A stretch of DNA of 64,000 nucleotides from Eledone cirrhosa (Eukaryota): assembly GCA_964016885.1 (NCBI GenBank), contig OZ024743.1, positions 145,390,001-145,454,000 on the forward strand. The letters run 5' to 3'. Position numbers and translations under genes: made by a program. This document shows positions 52,279 to 64,000 of the stretch, piece by piece; the first letter of the stretch is position 1, and each line of letters starts with the position of its first letter. The notes under the pieces are model-generated. The model was given only the letters and a program-made list of their open reading frames with translations, was not told where the DNA came from and searched no databases.

Positions 52279-52325
52279 TGCTCCGATGAATCCAGACATC
52301 CCTCTGGAAGAAACAATTGTCAGCA
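52279..52325 (+). ncRNA. Type I hammerhead, CCGANGA (U4C) core
   Basis: TGCT-CCGATGA-A-TCCAGA/TCTGGA-A-GAAA-CAATTG-TC-AGCA. Confidence 0.8.
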
Positions 52326-52559
52326 AATAAATTCATTAAACTAAGATTTGATTGTTTTAACACTTTGTATCTCGGCTCTGTAAAACACTTGATAATTTGC
52401 ATTGAGCCTTTTATCATACCGGTAACCGGCTAGTACTTAGTACTACCCTCCATATTTATAATTGTATATTAAACATATATAAGTATAAATATTATTATTA
52501 TTATTATTACTATATATATATAGATTATTATATATATAGATTATTATTACTATATATAC

Positions 52560-53614
52560 TTAGATAGATTAAGGAAAGACTTAATAAAAACCTTTGCCAG
52601 TTTTAATCTTAAAATTACTATTGATACTAACCTTTCTAATGTTAATTTCCTAGATATAAACCTAGATTTGTCTACTGCTTCTTATAAACCATACCATAAA
52701 CCTAATGAAAATTTAAAATATATAAATAAAGGCTCTTGCCATCCTCCTATAGTTTTTAAAAACCTTATCCCTAATATTAGCCGTAGGGTCTCCACCCTCT
52801 CTTCCTCAGAAGCTACTTTCAATAAGGCATCCCCCTACTATAATAAAGCCCTCCAAAATAGCGGATTTAGCGAACCGATTAAATACATACCTAACTATAC
52901 TAACTCTTTTAAACATAAAAATAGGAAAAGAAAAATAATCTGGTTCACACCCCCTACTCTCTAGCAGTTAAAACTAATGTAGGCAAAAAATTCCTAGAGC
53001 TCTTAGATAAACATTTCCCTAGAACACATAGATACTATAAGATCTTTAATAGAAACTGTGTCAAAATTAGCTACTCCTGCGGTCCCCCTATTAAATCTTA
53101 TATTATCAACAAAAAATCACCTAGAGAACATCAAAATTGCTCCTGTAGAGTCAAAAGTGAATGCCCATTACAAGGTAAATGCAACACCAAAGCCATTGTA
53201 TATGCGGCTAAAGTGACAACCATCAGCAACAACCAACCAGCCACCAGTGAACGATATGTGGGTATGACACAAGACAAGTTCAAAATGCGTTATTACTCAC
53301 ATGTCGCATCCTTTCGACATCCAGAAAAAATATTCACAACAGCTCTGGCTAGCAGAATATGGGATTTGAAAGACCAAGGTATCCAATATAAATTAGATTG
53401 GTCAATTTTGAACCAATCTAAAGAATATGCAAGAGGAACAAAAAAATGCACACTCTGCATAAATGAAAAATATTGGATTTTACAAAACCTTAAATCACCA
53501 AAAACCTGCCTAAATACAAAGACAGAAATCTTTACCAGTTGCCCACACATGAAATCACACTTGCTTTCCAGCTCATATAAACTTAACACACTTTCAGATA
53601 CTTATCCCCCATAA
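52560..53614 (+). pseudogene. 5'-truncated Naiad-type PLE ORF
   Basis: VNFLDI, YKPYHKPNE..SCHP, IIWFTPP (frameshift at ~52,955), CSCRVKSECPLQGKC, IVY..YVG, CTLC. Confidence 0.9.
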
Positions 53615-53718
53615 GCTCTTATTCTTCACTTAATTTATTCTCTTTAAAGACTACTCTTTCTGATTTACTTTCATTTTTAACCTTATTATTAATTTTAATT
53701 TTTATTTTTATTTTTAAT

Positions 53719-53838
53719 TTGAGTTCAAATCCCGCCGAGGTTAACTTTGCCCTTCATCCTTACGGGGTCGATAAAATAAAGTACCAGTAATGAACTGAGT
53801 AATTGCTGGCCTTGTGCCTAAAGTAGAAACAATTATTA
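53719..53838 (+). mobile_element. 5'-truncated tRNA-derived SINE
   Basis: Starts at B box GAGTTCAAATCC; same family core. Confidence 0.85.
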
Positions 53839-54223
53839 ATTTTATTTTTATTTTTATTTTTATTTTTATTTTTATTTTTATTTTTATTTTTATTTTTATT
53901 TTTATTTTTATTTTTATTTTTATTTTTATTTTTATTTTTATTTTTATTTTTATTTTTATTTTTATTTTTATTTTTATTTTTATTTTTATTTTTATTTTTA
54001 TTTTTATTTTTATTTTTATTTTTATTTTTATTTTTATTTTTATTTTTATTTTTATTTTTATTTTTATTTTTATTTTTATTTTTATTTTTATTTTTATTTT
54101 TATTTTTATTTTTATTTTTATTTTTATTTTTATTTTTTATTTTTATTTTTATTTTTATTTTTATTTTTATTTTTATTTTTATTTTTATTTTTATTTTTAT
54201 TTTTATTTTTATTTTTATTTTTT
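53839..54223. repeat. (TTTTTA)n hexanucleotide array
   Basis: Roughly 64 near-perfect units. Confidence 0.97.
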
Positions 54224-55385
54224 ACTTCACATCCACCAGTAACCCCCCCCCCCTTTTATCCTTCGATTCACTTACCTAATATCTTCACTTTCCACTTTTT
54301 ACTTCCATATTATCTTTACTACCTGATTAAACAGGTCACTTGCGTTTTCCACTCCAGATATTTTCTGTTATTTCGCAGCCATTTTTTATATTTTTATATT
54401 TGTACTCAATTATTCATAAGGTTACACCCTGAATCTATGTGTCTGAACGTCTTTATGTGTGTATACGTCCTGTATATGTACACGAACGCCTCCGTATGCG
54501 CGTGTGAGTGCGTGTATATATATATATGTGTATGTATGTGTGTTTTTATATCTGTGTTTTTATATCTATGTTTCTTACATTCTTATTTTATGTGTGTGCG
54601 TGTAAGCGGGTCAATGTACGTGAATATGTTTGTGTGTATGTGTGTATATATATATATATTTATTGTATTGTATATATGGATGTGTATGTGTGCGTGTGTG
54701 TATATATATGTATATATATATATATGTGTGTATACAGTCGATTACGTACGTGTGATTAGATATACATGGGATGATATGTATGTATATGTATACGTGCATC
54801 CTGTGTAAGTATGTACGCATGCATACGCTTTTGTCTACGTATTGCGTATATTGTCTACGTATTGCGTGTATATATATATATATTTTCTTATATATGTTTT
54901 TATAGATATATGTGTATGTACGCGTGTACCTTCTTTTCTTCTCTTTTCTTTTCTCTAGCGTTAATCGACTACTTTCTCTTTCTATTTTTCTTTCTCACAT
55001 ACTGTTTAATTTGTATACATATATCGAGAATGACACTTTCTTTTAACTACTACACTCCCTTCCCCCTTTATCTTCCGCATATAAGTATCTAATACCTGCG
55101 TCTGGATTTCGTGTCAACTAGATTATATCCGTATTTGTGGTTACATATACACAAATATACTTGCCCTCATATATGTACTTACGCACACATTTTCACCATA
55201 CACACGCATTTGTACATACATACATATGTACATTTGTGAGTGTATATACATACATATACACACACCTAACTATATTTCCTTATATTTTTTTATATATTTT
55301 ATATGTCTATTGCATTACCCTTATTTATATATATTTTTTTTTATATTTCTTGAGGAGACTTTCCAAATATTTCACTATGTTTTAT

Positions 55386-55463
55386 ATTACCTTGTCCGAC
55401 GAACGAATGAAGACGTTTCTTTCGTATTCGTCTTATTCGGGAAACCTCTGGTAATGAGGTAAT
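55386..55463 (+). ncRNA. Type I hammerhead (CCGACGA core), probably the 3' pLTR of the 52,560 PLE
   Basis: ATTACCTTGT/ATGAGGTAAT stem I; CGAAT(G)AAGACG/CGTCTTATTCG stem II; GAAA-CCTCTGG-TA. Confidence 0.8.
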
Positions 55464-55532
55464 TATATTGTATTGTTTATTATATATATATATATAAATT
55501 ACATGAATCAAAGTTCTGTTTAAATCATTTAT

Positions 55533-55581
55533 TCGCTTACAATTGTTTCTTCCAAACCGAGGTTTGGAGTCTTCGGAGCAA
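55533..55581 (-). ncRNA. Type I hammerhead (CCGAAGA core)
   Basis: TTGCT-CCGAAGA-C-TCCAAACC/GGTTTGGA-A-GAAA-CAATTG-TA-AGCGA. Confidence 0.8.
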
Positions 55582-55869
55582 TTATTCACTGATTTTTTAC
55601 ATACTTGACCTTCTTTTCAACACGAGAGACATATAGAAACATATGTATATATTGACCCACAGTGGGTTGACATCCATTATAATAATATAGCATGGCAATT
55701 TACATACAAAGATTACAGTCATATTAAAGGACAAAATTAAAGTTAAAATTAAAATTAAAATTAAAATTAAAATTGAAATAAAACATTGGCAGTTTACGAA
55801 GATAAAGCAAGAGGATAGTTTGGAGTAGCCAGTGTATGCAACAGTCACACGTGAGGCATGCACGCGTGT

Positions 55870-56624
55870 ACTATTTATACAAGATTATAGTGCGGCAAGC
55901 AGACAACAACACGACGGTAACAGAGACAACATAGAAATTAGAATAATATCTAAACATAGAAATGACCCAGCAGATAGGCAAATCAGAGAGGCCAGTGAAA
56001 TAGAACTTAGAAGGCCAAGACTAAACAGAAAGAATGAATGGAATAACAACAACACCCAAACAAACAACACTGACCCAAGAGAAGTATAAATAAGTAAATA
56101 AATAGATAAATAAATAAATAAATACATACACAAGCACAATAACAACAAACACATATAAACACACACTAGTCACCCAATCACGAACACACATCAAACAAAA
56201 CATTATACACACACACAAACGCATGCGCAAAGAAGAAAAAATAAAATAAACAAACAAGCAAATAAATAAATAAATATATAGACAGACTAAATAAAAATGG
56301 CGTAGACATACAATGCAACGGGAGGAAACAATAGCACCACTGACGATGTTGCAGATGTGCAACGAAAGATTTATGATAAACTATATATATGTGTTTGTGT
56401 CTATATTGTATCTGTATTATTTTTGACCGTCGGTCAGTCAATGGCAACATTGGGGACCGAATAAATTAGATTACCGATATAAAAGACACAGAAGCGAAAA
56501 GCGAAAACCAACCAAACAGTGAGTGTGTTCTGTTATTAATTCTTGCAATATTACACAAATATGACCCTCCCCAAGTATAACAATATTTGTTTCGACACAC
56601 GATTTCATATAAAAAACCTCGCAA

Positions 56625-56630
<6 letters not shown>
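55870..56630 (+). mobile_element. PLE 3' end: probable GIY-YIG C-terminus, 3' UTR, HHR at ~56,336-56,377
   Basis: HDGNRDNIEIRIISKHRNDPADRQIREASEI..RPRLNRKNEW; CTGACGA-T-GTTGCA/TGCAAC-GAAA. Confidence 0.75.
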
Positions 56631-56652
<22 letters not shown>

Positions 56653-56660
<8 letters not shown>

Positions 56661-57041
56661 ATACTTGGGGAGGGTCATATTTGTGTAATAATATTGCCAG
56701 AATTAATAACAGAACACACTCACTGTTTGGTTGGTTTTCGCTTCTGTGTCTTTTATATCGGTTAATTTAATTTATTCCGTCCTCAATGTTGCCATTGACT
56801 GACCAACGGTCAAAAATACAGATACAATATAGACACAAATACATATATATATAGTCTATCAAAGTTCTTTCGTTGCACATCTACAACATCGTCAGTGGTG
56901 CTATTATGTTTCCTCCCGTTGCATTGTATGCTTACGCCATCTTTATTTAGTCTGTTTATTTATTTATTTACTTGTTTATTTTTTTTGTCTTCTCTGCGCA
57001 TGCGTTTGCGTGTGTGTATAGTGTTTTGTTTGATGTGTGTT
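56653..57041 (-). mobile_element. Inverted (tail-to-tail) copy of the same pLTR with HHR at ~56,858-56,900
   Basis: Reverse complement of ~56,184-56,587 with scattered differences. Confidence 0.85.
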
Positions 57042-57315
57042 ATATAGAAGTGGAAGCTTAGTAAAATCGAAGCTTTGGCTGTGGCCAAGCAAAACGACCT
57101 ACAATTAGGAATGAGCAGTAAAGCACTCAATAAGGTCAGACCTTAGAGTAATAACATACGTTTAGACAGCTTGACAAATTGAAAATTGCGCTAGGCAGAC
57201 CTAGCTATACAATACCAAAAACAACGAAAAAACTAATCAGGTTAGACAACGTATATATATAGTAGTGAAAGAGGGAAGAATAACAAGGTCGGCTGTACAA
57301 GAAGGGTTTTATTTA

Positions 57316-57426
57316 CAGTATTAACAATTGTTTCATTGATCAGGTGAGTCTAAAGGCCGCTAATCACTCGAAGTTGCATCACTCGACCTTAAATATAGTG
57401 TCTCTGATCAAATCATCGGAATACTG
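57316..57426 (-). ncRNA. Type I hammerhead (CCGATGA core, large stem II loop); partial mirror copy 57,431-57,519
   Basis: CAGTATT-CCGATGA-T-TTGATCAG/CTGATCAA-T-GAAA-CAATTG-TT-AATACTG. Confidence 0.82.
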
Positions 57427-57519
57427 AATACAGTATTCCGATGATTTGATCAGAGACTCACACTGTATTTAAGGTCGAGTGACGCAACTTCGAGTGGTTA
57501 GCGGCCTTTAGACTCACCT

Positions 57520-58710
57520 TCCGGAGGCTGGCTGCTAAGGTTGTCTGCAGGTCAATAACACCTGAATTGGGTGAGGAGTTCAGTCCGGTGCAACTGGGTG
57601 TCGCGTGTCCGGTGGCTGTGAGGGGGCTGCACATACAACCAGGCAGTTCTTCAACAGCTGCCCACCTGAACCGGCATCCAGGGACTCCAGGCGCATCATT
57701 GTCAAGCTTGACATGAGGATTGCCTTTAACTGCAAACGCCGGGACCATCTGCTCGATGCCTGCTTCAGCCGAGGCCCCTCCGCCTACTCGCTGGCCAACC
57801 TGTCATATGGAGCCCCGAGCATGCTCCTTGCTGCTGATACGGTCATATCTTCAGCCACTGGGGTTCAACAGGGCGACCCTTTGGGCCCCTCCTGTTTGCC
57901 CTTGGTATAGACCACATTTCCCGGAGTATCACGGCCCTCTCAACGTTTGGTACCTGGATGATGCTATGCTGGGCTGGCCCGTGGAGACTGTCTGCCCTGG
58001 CGGGAATCGGCCTCCAGGTCAACTCGTCCAAGTCGGAGGTGGTGAATGTCAGCCATGATGCTGAGGGCTTTGCAGCCTCTGTCTCGGACGTGCGGTCCAT
58101 TCTCCACTAGGTACAGGTGACCTCCAAAGAGGATGTCTTCATCATCGGGTCACCGATCCACCCGCATACCATCCGCTCCACCATCAGGTACAGGCTCCAA
58201 TAACTCCAGACCCTCACGAGCCGACTGGGCTTGATCGACGGCCACCCAGCTCTTTTCCTGTTGAGGAACTGTTTCGCCATGCCGACGCTCCTCTACACCC
58301 TTCGCAGCGCTCTGTGCTGCATCAACCCTTCGTCTGGAATGCCATTTGCAGCGACAATTTCTCCAGCCGCAACCTGGTGCAGTCTGCAACTAACCGAGGT
58401 TCTGCTGCACTTCGGGCCGAGGAGGGCAAACTCTCCAAGTACCGGTCGCTCTCCGTCAGGTTCGCGGGTGTACCCTTGGCAGTGGAGACTTCTAGTGTCC
58501 TTGGCCCTAGAGCTACCTCCCTACTCACTACCATAGGCGCTGAGCTGGCTAGTCGCAGGTGTGAGCCTCGCGAGTTGGAATGGCTCTTCCAGCGCATCTC
58601 CCTTACCATCCTCCAGGGAAACGCCTTCTCCATTCTGTCCGCCGGGGCTATGGGGAGGCCATCACGTGGGACCCCATTTGCTCACCATACGGATTAAGAC
58701 ATATAAACCT
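57520..58710 (+). pseudogene. CRE-clade non-LTR retrotransposon remnant (RT plus restriction-like endonuclease), frameshifted and internally deleted
   Basis: RRLAAK..VQLGV..GGCE, KLDMRIAFN, GVQQGDPLGP, WYLDD, ALFLLRNC, EEGKLSKY..PLAVETSSVLGP..FQRISLTILQGNA; GC-rich island. Confidence 0.85.
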
Positions 58711-59029
58711 CTGTTTTTCTTTTATTTACTCTTTTGCGATTTCTAACGAATATTATAGTTATACCACGATGCCAAATTTTGTCTATTTTCAAGCAAAGTG
58801 GCTATTAGGGATTTTTGATGTTTTCTTTGAACAGCCTGATGTCAGTTTACCGGGAAAGAAACAAGGCAGTTATTAATAAGAAGAATTGATTGAAATTAAT
58901 GTATGCAAGATTTCACAGATCTAACATCATAGAATCCTAGTTAGCCTTTGATTGTTTAAGTTTGTGAAGTTTCTTTACTTTAAAGTTAAACTTTACTGCG
59001 ATCTTCTCTTTGGTTAGTCATCCCAGCCT

Positions 59030-59250
59030 GTAACTGCCTCACCAAACACATCTCCGCCTACTTCAACTCCTTCTTTGCACCCCTAGTGAGTTTTACCAAT
59101 AGGTAACCGGCATTGCCATAAGTACAAGAATCGGCCCCAACTACGCCAGCCTATTCATTGGCTACGTTGAGGCCCATATTTACTAATGCACTGACCTCAT
59201 TCCCGAGTTATACGGGCGTTATATCAACCATTGTATCGGCACCACCTAAC
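59030..59250 (+). pseudogene. Degenerate PLE RT fragment
   Basis: TKHISAYFNSFFAPLV; QVTGIAISTRIGPNYASLFIGYVE..YGRYINHCIG. Confidence 0.65.
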
Positions 59251-59425
59251 CCGCCCGGGCGCGACTCGACATCTTTCTCTCTTTATATATAGAGAAAATA
59301 AGAAATGCACATAGTGAATAACAACATAATTTCTTATATATGTGCGCATGTGCAACCTTCAATATTTGCAGAAAACTCTAACATATTACCACATTTTTAA
59401 AAATGGCGGAAACGTTCTGTCCAAC

Positions 59426-59465
<40 letters not shown>

Positions 59466-59469
59466 TATG

Positions 59470-59542
<73 letters not shown>

Positions 59543-59546
<4 letters not shown>

Positions 59547-59659
59547 ATAATAATAAATTTGAAGACTAAAATCCAAAGAGAGCTCGATAAGGATAAATAT
59601 ATATCAAATATATAAGAACCATAGAGCAAATATTTATCTGTTATTTATCTGTTATTTTA

Positions 59660-59663
<4 letters not shown>
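59543..59663 (-). repeat. Copy of the PLE tail at 25,023-25,130 (pieces also at 43,408-43,495)
   Basis: GAAGACTAAAATCCAAAGAG..CTCGATAAGG..AGAGCAAAT. Confidence 0.8.
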
Positions 59664-59733
<70 letters not shown>

Positions 59734-59764
59734 AGTGTAATTTTCTACACAAAACGAAGGTTAT

Positions 59765-63016
<3,252 letters not shown>

Positions 63017-63029
63017 CGTTATATATATA

Positions 63030-63107
<78 letters not shown>

Positions 63108-63108
<1 letters not shown>

Positions 63109-63223
63109 GCGTGTGGCTGAGTGGTTAGAGAATTGGATTCGCAATCGCAAGGTTGTGAGTTCGATTTCTGCACCAGGCGATGCGTTATGTCCTTGAGCAA
63201 GACACTTTATTTCACGTTGCTCC
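63108..63223 (+). mobile_element. tRNA-derived SINE with CORE-like domain (second family)
   Basis: A box TGGCTGAGTGG, B box GAGTTCGATTTC, GTCCTTGAGCAAGACACTT. Confidence 0.8.
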
Positions 63224-63349
63224 TTCTACCTGGAGTTGCGACTGATAGATAGTATTAGCAATTGGAAAGACCAACGGAAACATTGTTCCCTCGGTCCGAT
63301 TTGACGAAAGTCGATCGTTCCTTTATATATATATATATATATATATTTC

Positions 63350-63650
63350 GTTTCTGAATTTGTTTAGCAAGATTCTTAATCTGAAAACGTGTGTTGAAAC
63401 CGATATTGTTATGCTTTGGGAGGGTCATGTTGCCAATAAGAAACACACGCACCAGTTGCTTTCACTCCAATTTATTATAAATTAAATTTATAAATTTAAG
63501 AATTTATAAATTTCCGGTTGGGTTGGTTGGTTCCATAACCGGACGGTTGTTCATATATTGTCAAAGTTCTTTCGTCACACCTCTTCAGTGACTGGGGATT
63601 CTTTTCTTTGTTTTGTGCCTCTCTTTTGTTCTGTCCTACGCCATCTTGTT
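63350..63650 (-). mobile_element. pLTR-like fragment, copy of 29,002-29,260, with deleted HHR stem II
   Basis: CTGAAGAGGTGTGACGAAAGAACTTTGAC on the minus strand. Confidence 0.8.
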
Positions 63651-64000
63651 TTTGTATATATATATATATACATACCATATATATATATATATAAATAGAT
63701 TGATAGATAGATAGATATATTTCTTTATTTATTTTTTTTTTATTTATTTTATATATTTCTTTATATAGATAGATAGATACAATGTTTGACCTTTTTGGTG
63801 TGTCCTATTTGTTTTCACTGTTTTTTTAGCTGATGAGTTTTGTCGAATAATTGTTTCAAGGGAAATTGTAACGGAGAAATAACTACACCTACAACTATTT
63901 CAGTTTAGTTCTAATTATACAGCAATCTATTATTTGATCTTTTTTTCGGTCTTTTAGATAGTTTTCTCCACAAAGACAATGGCATAGCATCATTATAAGT

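Noticed and set aside
63108-63185. tRNA gene
   Set aside because: A and B boxes are present, but it continues into a CORE-like SINE body and I could not form a full cloverleaf.
63827-63892. CTGATGA..GAAA hammerhead candidate
   Set aside because: Weak stem II and no valid NUH site.

Overview
AT-rich, repeat-saturated animal DNA with no recognisable host gene; the tRNA-derived SINEs resemble those of octopod cephalopods (inference). Positions 1-~15,720 are a 66-bp satellite (~238 monomers, irregular higher-order structure), and all long ORFs there are artefacts. The rest is (TA)n/(CA)n microsatellite packed with retroelements: Penelope-like elements (PLEs; four Naiad-type, one Neptune-type, plus fragments), Tx1/L1, CRE, RTE and Vingi-like LINE remnants, and SINEs. 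Manual folding finds about 20 minimal type I hammerhead ribozymes (HHRs), many inside head-to-head inverted repeats. Main observations: (1) a non-coding ~522-nt HHR element in three circularly permuted copies with compensatory stem changes, two segments starting at the predicted cleavage site, plus a 595-nt tandem-HHR element, suggesting retrozyme-like circular-RNA passengers of PLEs; (2) a covarying bulged hairpin (RCTC-stem-TN-GAGY) found 14 times, usually downstream of an HHR, in unrelated families; (3) the 66-bp satellite appears to be an amplified piece of a PLE 3' region. All structures were read by eye and none were computed.
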